From: a virus
Reading direction: 5' to 3' (one strand)
Length of the DNA stretch: 64,000 nucleotides
Virus record (IMG/VR): IMGVR_UViG_3300032235_001020
Span: 20,981 to 84,980 of that record
Shown: positions 39,168 to 50,384 of the stretch, piece after piece
Layout of the letters: the number at the start of each line of letters is the position of its first letter
Numbering within the stretch: the stretch's first letter is position 1
Notes under the pieces: model-generated
What the model saw: only the letters and a program-made list of their open reading frames with translations
The model's database searches: none
What the model was told of the DNA's origin: nothing
Made by a program: the position numbers and the translations under genes

Positions 39168-39403
39168 GTCAGGGGAAACGTGAAAAGGCCCGAAGCCTCG
39201 CGACGGCCTTTCAGAAAATGAGTAAGCCTGCTAGCAAGGGCGGCACTGGTGGGACGTTCAGCGCTGCCGCAACCAAGGCCGGACATGCGGACAGCCCCGA
39301 TGGCCGCAAGGAATTCGCCGATAAGGTCTTGAGTAGTCCTGATGGCTACTCGGACAAGATGGTGAAGAAGGCGAACTTCTACCGGAATGTGATCACTAAG
39401 TAG
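39164..39403 (+). CDS. Small basic protein (GTFSAAA...KKANF family)
   Basis: Coupled ORF with a recurrent phage motif. Confidence 0.7.
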   Translation: MSQGKREKARSLATAFQKMSKPASKGGTGGTFSAAATKAGHADSPDGRKEFADKVLSSPDGYSDKMVKKANFYRNVITK

Positions 39404-39439
39404 GGTCGTTAGACTGAGATTGCCCAGTATGGCTGCCTC

Positions 39440-41746
39440 GTGGCGAACCAGTTCGGTGATCCCGTTAAGTTCCGCCAGGCAGTAGACATGGGTCTTGCAG
39501 CTCGGGCGCGACTGCAGGAGCAGTTTTCCCCCACGCCAGCGGGTTACCCGATCGGGAAGTCTTTCTCCGAGGTAGCCGACAGGACGGTCAGAAGCCGAGA
39601 AGAGGGCTCCCCTGCGGAGATCGCTGAGTCTGGCTTGAACTATGCAGGGGGAGCCGTGAACCGCACGGCGGTTCGCATGGCGGGGGAAAATGAAGCAGCT
39701 GTCGCACAGCTTGGATTAAATGCAGGGCGGTCGTTCTATGACGCTGCAAACGATCCCAAGAATCCGAACAAGAAAGGATTGGGCGATTTCGCGAACCAGC
39801 TGATGCAGTTCAATAGCGCATTCGGAGGCATGGCCTGAGATGAGGTTTGCTGGGCTCGCTAAAGACGTCGCCAGAGCGCTTAGACCCGTAGGCCCGCTAG
39901 ATGCGGCGATTCGGTACGGGCCGGAGGCGATCTCCCTGCTTGCAGCGGGGACCGCCTGGGCGCCTCCCAATGCAACGGCCCTGGAAAGGGGAGGGATGAT
40001 GGCAGAGGAGGCTATAGCGGGGCTAGGCCTGTCGGCATTGCTGAGTGGCGGAGCTAGGCACATAGCCAGGCGCCATCTACTGGGTAAACGCCAGGGCATG
40101 AGCTCGGCTGACTATCAGAACAAGCTTGTCCAGGCCCAGCAGTTCGGCGACCTGGCCAACATTCCAGTCCAGATGCTTGCGCCCTCTTTATTGCGTCCAT
40201 ATTCCCAGAAAGTGCTGGAAGATGCATATGCTCGTCAGCCTGAGGGAACCCCTGAACCGCAGTCGTCTCCCTCGGCGGGGGGGATGACGGATGAAGAGAT
40301 GGCAATGGCGCTCCTTGCCACCGGAGCGCTCGGCGGCAGCGTTCTGGGCCCCCGTGACTCGTTCTCGACGCTGCGCGATCCATATGATCTGCGTGGATTG
40401 GGCGGGGCGGTGTGATGGCCGAGTTCTCGCGCGACGATCTGCTGTACGGACTGGAGCGATCCGCAGTAGCCCTGCCTGGAACGGCTCAAGCTCGGATCCG
40501 CAGACAACTGGGCGATGAGTACGAGGGCACGCCTGTTGAGCAGATGCTCCAGGGCTCGCAGCTCCTGAATTACGCACGCCAGCGACTGCCGGAAAATCTC
40601 GCCGCAACGCAAGTCGGCCAGAAGCTCGTTGGCATGCTGCCGGAGGATGCCAAGAAAGCGCGAGCGGCCATCGGCTCTGTACCTCTCGGCGGCTTCAACG
40701 AGAAAGAAATTCAGCGGCTGGATGCGTACCGGGACGGGGACCCCTCGCTCGAGATGGAGGGCGATCCGGAGGTCCAGCGCAACACGGTTCGCGTCGGCAA
40801 GTTCCCAGTGCCCGGTGGCGAGGTGCCGACCGGTGACAGCTTCAGGGCAGCCGCCACTCAAGCCGCAGGGGTTGGGCTGGCGGATCTGGCATCTGATGGC
40901 CTGCGCAATATCTGGTGGTTCCTGAATGCTCCGCAGGCATTGACGCAGCTAGCCATGCTGCAGGGCACGCAGAACGCAGGGCAGGAGCACCAGGCCATTG
41001 GGCGCCAGGCACCGCTGATCAAGAACCGTACGGTGCGGATGGCGACGACCCTGCCTGCCCTGATCGGTGTATCGATGGCCGTTGGCAATGCGTACCGCCA
41101 GCCCGGCTTCAAGGCGGTGGTGCCAAGCGAAATGGATCCAACGCAGACTGCGGATCCCCTGGCTGAGCTGGGCTCGCGCTACTTCCTGGGCCGGAGTGGC
41201 GCACTCTTGCCGTACGAGGAATTCGTCAAGGAGCGGCCCGACGTCTCCAAGGGTGAGTACGAAGCGTACAAGTCGTATCTGTTCGGTAATGCATTACCAC
41301 TCAAGGCCACAGCTGAAGGAATCCATGGCCCTGAGGTGACCTTCCTGGGCAAGAGTATCCCGCTCGCCACCGGCATCCTGCCTGCAGTGGCGGCGGTGAT
41401 TGGTGGGCGACGTGGCGCCCGCAAGGCTGGAGAGCGACTGGCCCGGAAGGGGGACCTGCAGGAAGCCGCAGATCTCCGGGAGACATGGGTAGAAATGAAG
41501 CGAGAAGCAGGTAATCCGGATTCGGATATTAGTCCGGCAGACATTGCAGATGCGTACAACCGCTACGAAGACGTGCAGATGAAGAACGAGCGAGAGGTAG
41601 CGCTGCAGACAATCCTCTACAGCAGTCTTGGCATGGGCGGGACCGCGATTGCGGGGCAAACCCTAGAATCAATCCGTCGGGCTCTCAAGGGCAAAGCACC
41701 CGTTGAAGAGCCGTTGGTTGAAGAGTCTTCACAGCCTGTTGCGTAA
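39440..41746 (+). CDS. Three consecutive Gly/Ala-rich ORFs (39440-39838, 39840-40415, 40412-41746), probable internal virion/ejection proteins
   Basis: Tightly packed, hydrophobic glycine-rich helices, late operon position. Confidence 0.65.
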
Positions 41747-42132
41747 TGTCGGCAGCCATCCCAAATGCCTCCGGAATTCTTGGGAAGGGAGGCGACTCTC
41801 TTACAAGCGCCGGTGATTTCAACCAGGCCATCCAATACGGCTTACTAGGAAGTGGCCTTGGATCTCTAGCCAGGCAGCGTGCAGGGGAGTATCAGCGCCG
41901 TGCCATCGGCGAGTCTGCGGCGATTCGGAGCAATAGCATTATGAACCAATCGTTCATGGATGCCGGCTTTGACCTACTCGGAGCCGGACTGGGCGCTGGG
42001 ATTAAGTCCTTCAAATCAAATGCCCCCACGATGGGAAGCGGGGAAGTATCAGCCCCGTCGATCGACGTGGGCAGCGCGACTGCGGGGGAACAGGCGCTCA
42101 TGAATGCCAAGTACAAGCTGCACGGGTGGTAA
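41746..42132 (+). CDS. Gly-rich hypothetical virion protein
   Basis: Coupled ORF. Confidence 0.6.
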   Translation: MSAAIPNASGILGKGGDSLTSAGDFNQAIQYGLLGSGLGSLARQRAGEYQRRAIGESAAIRSNSIMNQSFMDAGFDLLGAGLGAGIKSFKSNAPTMGSGEVSAPSIDVGSATAGEQALMNAKYKLHGW

Positions 42133-42656
42133 CTGCGATGACAAGTCAGGCAGCTATAACGGACCCATTCCAGGAAGCAAGGGAGCGTGCGGCACTCTGG
42201 AAATCCCGTGTTGACAAGGACTTAAGCCTGGCGTCACCACCCACCGCAGGTCTATCAAGCTCGCGCAAAGAGTACGACAGAGCGGAGGGCAGTCTGAGCG
42301 CATCAGATTTGAGTGTTCCAGGTTTTGCGTCCCTTGGGCCTAGCCCCCTGAGCGAAAGCAGTCGCTTCCAGCAGGAGCTGCAAGGGCAGGTCGCCGCATC
42401 CGGAATTAGCGCCATGACGGATATCACCGAAGCCGAGAAGACTGCCCAGGCGCAGATAGATGCGGCTAAGAGGCAGGCTAATGCGGCGAATTCTGGCGGC
42501 TTGATTAAAGGCATCACGTCGGTAGCCAGTGCTGGCCTCGTGGCACTGTGCGATTGCCGCCTGAAAGAAGACATGGCGCCATTGCAGGAATACGAGGTGG
42601 ACGATGCACTCGCTGCACTGGCCGTCGCTGTGCAAGAACTGCATGACAATCCTTGA
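42126..42656 (+). CDS. Virion protein ending in a partial peptidase S74 (intramolecular chaperone) motif
   Basis: CDCRLKEDMAPL...LAALAVAVQEL. Confidence 0.65.
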   Translation: MVTAMTSQAAITDPFQEARERAALWKSRVDKDLSLASPPTAGLSSSRKEYDRAEGSLSASDLSVPGFASLGPSPLSESSRFQQELQGQVAASGISAMTDITEAEKTAQAQIDAAKRQANAANSGGLIKGITSVASAGLVALCDCRLKEDMAPLQEYEVDDALAALAVAVQELHDNP

Positions 42657-42867
42657 GAAGGTTCTTCAGTTAAGACCGATCCAGTTCCGCTATGTAAGAG
42701 ACGTAGATCCTGAGCAGAGGCTGCGCGCAGGGTTTTCGGCACAGCAAGTCCAGGAGGTATTCCCGCAAGCTGTTGTTGAGGTCAACGGTCACCTGGTGCT
42801 GGACCTGCGAGTCCTGGGCGATCTCATAGACGAAGCAAGAAAAGAGCGGTCGAAGGGGAAGTCCTAG
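42643..42867 (+). CDS. Stand-alone peptidase S74 chaperone core
   Basis: LEKVLQLRPIQFRY...AGFSAQQVQEVFPQAV. Confidence 0.8.
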   Translation: MTILEKVLQLRPIQFRYVRDVDPEQRLRAGFSAQQVQEVFPQAVVEVNGHLVLDLRVLGDLIDEARKERSKGKS

Positions 42868-42900
42868 AATGACGCCATATCCAGGTATTACAGCTAGGTC

Positions 42901-45502
42901 GTGATGCGTCCGTATCCGTCGTATCCAGGTAGCGGCGATGTATCTCTGGAGCTGAGTGATGATAGACGTCACTTGACCGCATTGGATCCAGGACCCAACT
43001 TGAGCGTCGACCCTGGCGCGGCAGTGGCGGGGGCAGCCGAGATTGCGACTCCTGGCATGCTTGATCAGATGCGTCAGGCGATTGGACGCAAAGCCGGTGA
43101 TGGACCCGCGAATTGGATGAAGACATTGGGTTCTCCCAAGAACCTTATGCGCGGCGCCGGTCTTGCGGCAGGTATCCCAATCGTGATGGAGTTAGCTTCC
43201 GACGCACCGGTCGACGAGAAGCTCGCACGAGCTGGAGGCTCGCTGCTGGGGATGCCGGCAGGCGCCCTTGGTTTTGTGCTGGGTGGTGGCCCTACGCCCA
43301 TGGGCTTGGCCCTCGCGACACTGTTCGCAGCGGGGGGCAGTCAGCTTGGCTCTGCCGCCGCGGAGGGCGGGCTGAATTTCCTGAAGGGAGGGCCAGAGGA
43401 TGCGGCCGCGCGTGCTGCGATTAAACAGGCCGAAACGCAGGCCAAGATGGCTGACATTCTGCTGCCCGCCGAGCAGAGAAGGATGCAGGCCGCCATTGAT
43501 GCTCGGGTAGCGGAGACCGCGGCAATGGCGCCATTTATCAATGATCAGCGGATGCGGCAGGTCCTGGCCCAGCAATCAGCCGCAATTCAGAACGCTGCGA
43601 TGATGGATCAGCTCCAGCGCAGCCAGAACATCTTCGGGGGGAGCCTCTCGTGACGTTCCCGATAACGGCCGCCGCCGCCGCTCTCTACGGCAGAAGCTTG
43701 GGCCCGGGCGATCTACGAAATCCGGCAGAAATCCTGTCCACAAGTGGAACCGATGCGTTCCAGGAGGCTTCGAGGGCTAACCAGCAAAGCCTGGCCGCGC
43801 TGGCCACCACGGGGCTGGCAGGGCAGGTGAGGCTGGTCGAGCAGGACAAGATGCTTGACTACAACCGGGAAGCAGATGCGCTGATCGCCGGGCGGGACAA
43901 AAGGAAAGGGCTATTCGATGTGGTAACGAGCATCGGAGTGGGCGGTGGGGCGACCCGCAAGGCGGGCATCCTCGATCGGATGGGGATCTCCCTGCCCGGC
44001 ATGAACCCTGTGGAGATAGCCAATCAAGTCTCGGCGTGGAACCAGTATTTTTCGGGTCAGGAAAATCTGCTTGGGCAGCGGACGGAGGCATCCGCTGCAG
44101 CTACAAACGCTGGGACACTCGCAGCCATAAGGAATTTACAGGCTAGGTAGCGAAAGAAGCTGTCTAAGATAGAGGTAGTGGGCCACCCGTCTGGAGCCAT
44201 GGCATACGGAGAGACTCCAATTACAGCCATTCAGGATTGGGCGTCGGGCAATGCCAACGGCCCGAAGCTGCGTGCTCTTCAGCGAAAGACGGAGCTTGTA
44301 GAGGCCGAGAAACGAGCTGCTCTGGCTCAGCAAGCGCTTGATCGGGCCAAGAAGGATGTGGTCGCGCTGTCGCCGATTGATGAGCGCAGGCAGCTGGATG
44401 CGCAAAATGTTCAGCAGCAGTACGATCTCCTCGGACCCGCTAGCGCCAAGGCCAACTTGGATCTTCGCGTTCGGGGGGAAAGGGATGCGTTAGACATAAA
44501 CAGAGAGAAGGCGCAACAGCAGATCGCCACCGCCAGCGACATAACCAAGACAGATAACCTATACGGCAACCTGACCGGATTAGTTCAGCAGCAGGGTAGC
44601 TTTCAGGACGCAGCCAGAGATGCCTACATCGGAGAGAATGCCGACGTGCGCAGCTGGATCAGTAGTGAGCGGGCTGCAGCGCAGCAGTTTGCGGCTGATC
44701 AGCTGAAAGGGAACTTCCTGGACCGACTCTCGCAGACGGCTCAGGCATTGGCACCATTTGTACTTGGCGCAATTGCGCTGCGGGGTTGAGGGATTAAGCG
44801 ATGGCATCGTTTGCGCAGAAAGTTAAGTCCAATCCTTCGGTCGCTGCAGCAGCAAAAGCCGTCGGCGTGAAGGCAAAAGACGTCGCCAGTGGGGCGGCTG
44901 GACGCAAGGAGGCCAAGCAGCGTGTTCAGGCTTATATGTCGGGGAAGGCATCTGCCCCAGAAGCAGGACCGTCGAGGACGCAGCAGCTGATTCCAGGCGG
45001 GCAGCCGTACAGCTATGCAACTACGGGCGGAAATGCCTTCGGGGCCGGCTTCGGAATTCTTGGCGACCTGGCGACCAGGTTCCAAGGTAATGAAATTATT
45101 GGCGGCGAAATCGCCGGCAGCTTGATTAACGCTGGCCAAGGCCTGGCCAATGTCGGCCTCGCGGACCTATATACACGCAATACTTTCGCAGCCCTGGGCG
45201 ACTACAACAGCAAGGAAGACACGCGGCGTACAGGAAACCTGAAGGATCTAATGTCGACGGAGGCTGCGCTGAACTCTCAGACGATTCGCGACACCGGCGA
45301 AGAGCAGCGCAAGGGATATGTGACACAAGGGGAACAGGAGCGCCTTACCGTGATCGAAACCGGGGCTCAACAGCGCCTGGGCTTCCAGGAGCAGGGTTCA
45401 CAGGAGCGCGAGACCCTAGGCCGAAAGGGTCTTGAAGAGAGAAAGATGCGCGCAGATGCTCGAGGCGCGATACGTTCACAGGGTGCACGTTTCTACGGCT
45501 GA
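42901..45502 (+). CDS. Four Ala/Gln/Gly-rich ORFs (42901-43653, 43650-44150, 44178-44789, 44801-45502), probable ejection/pilot proteins
   Basis: Glycine zippers and coiled coils; 11-aa xGx(E/Q)(Q/E)R repeats in the last ORF. Confidence 0.65.
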
Positions 45503-46011
45503 TGGCAGTACTGGGCGAGGGGCCGGTAGCGTTTTTCCTGGCAGCGCTAGACGACGATCGCCGTGAAGGCTTTCTGAACTATGCGGAGAACACCTACTCG
45601 ATTTACGAGATCTGGGTGTACGCCAGCGTGCTTGGCTACAGCGACAGCTTCACGTCCCTGGAGCGATGGGTCAACAAGCACTACCGCAAGCTGAACAAGC
45701 GCGAACTCTTGTTGGCCGAAGCCTGCAAGCTGGAGGCTGATGTGGACTTCTTGCGGCAGCAGGTCCAGGCCGATCTGGTCAAGCCAGATGCCGCCGCCAG
45801 TCGCATTGCCCACCTGTCGAAGGAACTGCGGGGGCACCTGTCCGAGATCGACAAGATGACGCGAGCCACCGATCGCAAGGGCTTGATTCTGGCCGGTGCT
45901 GACTCGGTGATGCGCCAACTGCGAACGATCTTCAAGGACAACGAAGACGTCACCACGGCACTGGATTCCGCGTTCGAGTCCGTGTGGGCGCAACTGGAGA
46001 GCGAGAAGTAA
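45502..46011 (+). CDS. Probable terminase small subunit
   Basis: Helical 169-aa protein directly upstream of terL; positional inference. Confidence 0.5.
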   Translation: MAVLGEGPVAFFLAALDDDRREGFLNYAENTYSIYEIWVYASVLGYSDSFTSLERWVNKHYRKLNKRELLLAEACKLEADVDFLRQQVQADLVKPDAAASRIAHLSKELRGHLSEIDKMTRATDRKGLILAGADSVMRQLRTIFKDNEDVTTALDSAFESVWAQLESEK

Positions 46012-46079
46012 GCAGGGAATTTCACCACTGCCGCTAGTCGGTCCCCCTGGGAATAGTGAAAAACAGGTAGATTAAGCGC

Positions 46080-47624
46080 ATGGCAGGCGTATCGATTGCC
46101 CTGGCGCGCAAACGCAGTGCGCTCAAGGCGGCTCAAAGCATCAAGAAGCAGCCAGAGGTGGTCGTCGAGGAGCCCGTTCTTCCTCCGCATGTCCTGAAGG
46201 CACGGGAGAACTTCGGGTACTTCTGCGAACTGATGGGCAAACCGCCAGCCCGGCACATGAAGGAATGGCATAGCGCCTTCTTGACCGGGCAAAGCAATGA
46301 GCACCTGCTGGACATCGCGGGCCCGAACACCTGCCTGCTCAGCCCCAGAGGCAGTGCCAAAAGCACGGTACTGGGTCTGCTACTGGGCTGGCTGATCGGC
46401 AGGCACGCGCTAGCCAAGAAGCTGCTGCGCATCCTGTATGTCTCGTACAACGTGGACGTTGCGCGCAACAAGAGCGCAGCCATCAAGAACCTGATCCTCT
46501 CCAAGACTTACCAGGAGATCTTCCCGTGCGTGCGGCTCTCCAAGACCAGGACCTCGGACGAGCTGTGGGGCATTGACTGGGATTTCGCCGACATCGACGT
46601 TCGAGGGGAAGACGCCTTCACGGTCGCCTGCGCTGGTCTAAAGGGAACGATCACCTCCAAGCGGAGCTCCCTGATCGTCGTGGATGACGCGATCAAGAGT
46701 GCGGCATCGATCGCCAACCCGGACATCCGCCGGGAGATGGAGAACAACTGGAACGCGGTGATCGTGCCGACCATGTTCCAGGGTGCGCGGGCCATCGCCT
46801 TGGGAACGAGATTCCACTTCGACGACCTGTTCTCGACCATCTACACCGAGAAGAAGGGGTGGAAGACCGTTGTTCAGTCGGCGCTGCGCTACGACGAGGA
46901 CGGCCGGCCGAAGTCCTACTGGCCCGAGATGTGGTCCACCAAGTACCTGCTCAAGCTGCAGAGTGACGATCGGATCTCGTTCTCGTACCAGTACCTGAAC
47001 CAGCCGGTGCGTTCCACGGAGCTGGGCGTCAGTCCAGAGCTGTTCGTCCGCGGCGAGGTGCCGGACACCTATGACATGGTCGGGGTGGGCATTGACCTCT
47101 CTGCGGGGATGAGCGAGCGGAACGACTGGACCGTGTTCACGCTGGCTGGCCGGGTCGACGACAAGTGCTACATCATCGATTACAGGCGCATGCGCTCGAT
47201 GGGCAACATCGAGAAGGTCGAAGCCCTGTGCGAGCTGCTGATGGAGTGGAACCTGCTGGCGGTCAACGACAATGGCCAGTACTTCCCAACAGCCTCAGCG
47301 GTCACGATCTGGCCTGAGGTCGTGGCCTATCAGAAGAGTTTCGAGGGGGACCTCAAGCGGGTGCTGTTCAACGAATGGCAGCTCTACAACCTGCACATCT
47401 CGCCTGTGAAGGGGTTCCGCGGCGACAAGCTTGCTCGGCTGCGCGGCATTCTCGGTCTGTTCCAGGCCAAGAAGATCATCTTCAACAAATACCGCGATTT
47501 CAGCTACATGATCGATGAGATCACGAACTTCGGTCATAGCCCCCATGACGACTGCGCTGACAGCCTCAACATCGTGGTGCAGGGGCTGATGAAGCGCGGA
47601 GCTGCGCAAATCGAATGGACCTAA
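46080..47624 (+). CDS. terL: Terminase large subunit
   Basis: PRGSAKST Walker A, IVVDD Walker B, GTRFHFDD, YQYLNQP, GIDLS, HDDCADS nuclease motifs. Confidence 0.95.
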   Translation: MAGVSIALARKRSALKAAQSIKKQPEVVVEEPVLPPHVLKARENFGYFCELMGKPPARHMKEWHSAFLTGQSNEHLLDIAGPNTCLLSPRGSAKSTVLGLLLGWLIGRHALAKKLLRILYVSYNVDVARNKSAAIKNLILSKTYQEIFPCVRLSKTRTSDELWGIDWDFADIDVRGEDAFTVACAGLKGTITSKRSSLIVVDDAIKSAASIANPDIRREMENNWNAVIVPTMFQGARAIALGTRFHFDDLFSTIYTEKKGWKTVVQSALRYDEDGRPKSYWPEMWSTKYLLKLQSDDRISFSYQYLNQPVRSTELGVSPELFVRGEVPDTYDMVGVGIDLSAGMSERNDWTVFTLAGRVDDKCYIIDYRRMRSMGNIEKVEALCELLMEWNLLAVNDNGQYFPTASAVTIWPEVVAYQKSFEGDLKRVLFNEWQLYNLHISPVKGFRGDKLARLRGILGLFQAKKIIFNKYRDFSYMIDEITNFGHSPHDDCADSLNIVVQGLMKRGAAQIEWT

Positions 47625-47633
47625 ACTAGACCC

Positions 47634-49853
47634 ATGAGCCAACCCAAAACCGAGCGTTTTCGCCGCATTCTGGAGGCCGCGCGCAAGCGTGACGGCACGG
47701 CTGGGGTCGACACGATGGTGGTCAACTCGCATCTCTCGCAGATGCGGTTGTTCATGCTGCGGGCCGGTTTGGAGTTCTACCCCGCGCAGGACACCTTCGG
47801 CTTTCGCAAGAGCTTCCTCGCGGCGCTGATACAAGAGAACGAGATCGACGCCCGACTCGAGGGCATCATCGACGACTTCCTGCTGGATGGGAAGGGTCTG
47901 TGGTACTTCCGTCCGGTGGGCGACAGCTACCGGCTGATGTGGTTCAGCAAGGAAAACTACCGCGCGTACTACGACGCAGCCGGCCAGCTGGAAGAGGTCG
48001 AGCTGATCTACAGCTTCACGGTGCGTGACGGGCTGGGGGCGATGGTTGCCATGGCCGGCGGCGATGGCGGGTCCCTGCGCTACGTGAAGCTCCAGGTTCG
48101 GCGCGACACCATCAAGGAGTCGATCACGACCGAGAAGCCGAGTTTTGACGCAGCCATTACGACGCTGACCTATGCGCCCAACTCGACGCGCACCCTGAGC
48201 AACAGTCTGGGCTTCATCCCCGCTGTCGAGTCATTCAACAACATGCGCTCGACTGGCATGGACGCCAGCGGCGAGTTTGATTGGCTGAGCGATCACATCG
48301 TCACGCACGACGATCTGATCAAGAACATCCGCGCCAACATCACCTTCTACGGCAACCCCACGCTGGTCTCGAGTCGTCCCAAGCAGGACCTGATCGAGTC
48401 TGGCGATGGAGAGGAGTTCCGCCCGACTATCAGCTCGCAGGCCGGCTTCTATGCGGCGAATCGCCCCTCGACGCGCCTGAGTTCCCCGATGGGAGCTGGC
48501 GGTGGCGGCGGCGTCAAGGTCCCGCGGATCATCGCCAACATTGAGGCCACGGACCGCGTGGCGTACATCACGCCCGATGCGGTGTCTGGCGACCAGAACC
48601 TCTACGCCCGCCAGTACCGCGAGGAGCTGCGCAATGCCATGGGCGGCGTCGACGAGCTTGGTATCAGCTCTGGCGCTACGGCGTACGAAGTCAAGTCCCT
48701 CTATGGCCGGGCGGCGACAACGGCATCGAGGAAGTGCCGGGGCCTGCTCACCTACGGGCTGTGCAAATTGCTCTCGCTCGTCCTGTTCAACGAAGAGAAG
48801 ATCTTCCGGGAGTCCTTCGCCGCTGCCGTCGGCCTGGAAGCACCACCGGTCCCCCTGCGGGAAGAGTTCCCCGATCCGCAGCAATACCAGGAAGCCGTTG
48901 CTGGATTCCGCGATACCTATAAGCAGTTCGAGGAAGCCCTAGAAGCCCAGATCAGGGACGCGGTGCAGGCCCGGGAATTGCCACCAGGTGTCGTTGGTTT
49001 GATCCCCGATGGCGATCGCAAGATTGATTGGCGTTGGCTGGGTCCCGTTTTCGAGGACTCCACAGAAGATATACTGAACTCAAGCATTGTTGTGCGAAAC
49101 CTGCAGGAGCTCGGTGTCAACAGCATCGAGGCCCTCAGGTACCTCTTCCCGGATAAAACCGACGAAGAACGCAGTGCAATGCTCAGTGGCTATCCATTCC
49201 GAATGGCTCAAGCCACGCAGCAAAGCATTGGAACCTTCCTGTCGCTGATTCAAAACATGCGACAGACCCCGCACCCGCAGGCTCCGGATCTCCCCCTGCT
49301 AGCGGACCCCAAGCTCGATCTGACGCCCTACGTCTATCGAGCTCTCGAATTCCTTAAGAGAGAACTGACCTATGCAGGACAGTACAGCGATGGCGACGGC
49401 AGTGGCGACCCCACAGCCCTCGATCCCATCCAGCGTGGCCGCGCCGACCGTGGCCTCCCCATCGATCCAGCAAGCGGCCCCAGCTTCATACCCGACGGCG
49501 CAACCGCAGGTTCCGGCTTACGCCCCGGAAGCTCCGGTTTCAGTGCCTCAGGCGAACCCCTGGCAGGCGGCGTACCAGGGGCTGCTCGCCAGCTTGAGCG
49601 CGACGCCTCAATCCCAGTCCCAGGGGTACTACTCAGCTCCGACCCAACAGGAGGCCCCTACCCCGGCGACCTACTTGCAGGCACCGGTGAGCTACCAGGC
49701 GGCTCCCTCCGTTACGGCGCCGCTGACCTCAGCGTTCCCACAAACGGCGGCCTATTCCCAGGCGATTCCGGCACAGGCTCCGAGCTACAACAGCGCGCCG
49801 AGCGCAGCCGCGAGCGACGAGTATCTGCAAAGCGTCAGCAGCGAAAGTCTTGA
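47634..49853 (+). CDS. Portal protein
   Basis: Large ORF directly after terL and before the scaffold gene; low-complexity C-terminal tail. Confidence 0.75.
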   Translation: MSQPKTERFRRILEAARKRDGTAGVDTMVVNSHLSQMRLFMLRAGLEFYPAQDTFGFRKSFLAALIQENEIDARLEGIIDDFLLDGKGLWYFRPVGDSYRLMWFSKENYRAYYDAAGQLEEVELIYSFTVRDGLGAMVAMAGGDGGSLRYVKLQVRRDTIKESITTEKPSFDAAITTLTYAPNSTRTLSNSLGFIPAVESFNNMRSTGMDASGEFDWLSDHIVTHDDLIKNIRANITFYGNPTLVSSRPKQDLIESGDGEEFRPTISSQAGFYAANRPSTRLSSPMGAGGGGGVKVPRIIANIEATDRVAYITPDAVSGDQNLYARQYREELRNAMGGVDELGISSGATAYEVKSLYGRAATTASRKCRGLLTYGLCKLLSLVLFNEEKIFRESFAAAVGLEAPPVPLREEFPDPQQYQEAVAGFRDTYKQFEEALEAQIRDAVQARELPPGVVGLIPDGDRKIDWRWLGPVFEDSTEDILNSSIVVRNLQELGVNSIEALRYLFPDKTDEERSAMLSGYPFRMAQATQQSIGTFLSLIQNMRQTPHPQAPDLPLLADPKLDLTPYVYRALEFLKRELTYAGQYSDGDGSGDPTALDPIQRGRADRGLPIDPASGPSFIPDGATAGSGLRPGSSGFSASGEPLAGGVPGAARQLERDASIPVPGVLLSSDPTGGPYPGDLLAGTGELPGGSLRYGAADLSVPTNGGLFPGDSGTGSELQQRAERSRERRVSAKRQQRKS

Positions 49854-50370
49854 GGTTCTCCAGCATTTCGGTGCTGAGGCCCCTGCCCTGCTGAACCGCT
49901 ATGCCTGCGTGGTCGAGGACGCGCTGCTGAGCCAGGCCCGGCAGACCGCCGAGGCCCTGAGCCAACTGCAGACCATCCACGGTCAACTGCAGAACTCGCA
50001 CACTGTGATCGAGGCTGCGGCTGAGGACAATGCGGCTTATCACACGCTGCTGACCAACCCCGAGATCCTCGCTGAGTACGTCAACGAGTTCTTCGGTCCC
50101 CAGGGTCCCTATCCCACCGAGCTGCCCCAGGATCGCCTGGCTGCTGAAGTCGCCGCCAACGAGCGTCGCTTCGCCCCCGCCCCTGCGACCTATCAGCGCC
50201 CTCAGATGGAGATGCCCGCTCCTGACGTGCAAGCCAGCAATGGCGGCGGTGACGACTTCTGGGCCACCTTCTCTGCCCTGAGCGAGCGCAACCCTGCGGC
50301 CGCCTGGCAGATGCTGAGCCAAGCCACCCCTGAGGCTCTGCGCAGCAAGGTGCTGGTTTCCGAAGGCTGA
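49372..50370 (+). CDS. Probable capsid scaffolding protein
   Basis: Pro/Ala/Gln-rich N-terminal half, coiled-coil core; overlaps the portal 3' end. Confidence 0.7.
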   Translation: MQDSTAMATAVATPQPSIPSSVAAPTVASPSIQQAAPASYPTAQPQVPAYAPEAPVSVPQANPWQAAYQGLLASLSATPQSQSQGYYSAPTQQEAPTPATYLQAPVSYQAAPSVTAPLTSAFPQTAAYSQAIPAQAPSYNSAPSAAASDEYLQSVSSESLEVLQHFGAEAPALLNRYACVVEDALLSQARQTAEALSQLQTIHGQLQNSHTVIEAAAEDNAAYHTLLTNPEILAEYVNEFFGPQGPYPTELPQDRLAAEVAANERRFAPAPATYQRPQMEMPAPDVQASNGGGDDFWATFSALSERNPAAAWQMLSQATPEALRSKVLVSEG

Positions 50371-50384
50371 ACAAGGAGGACGTA

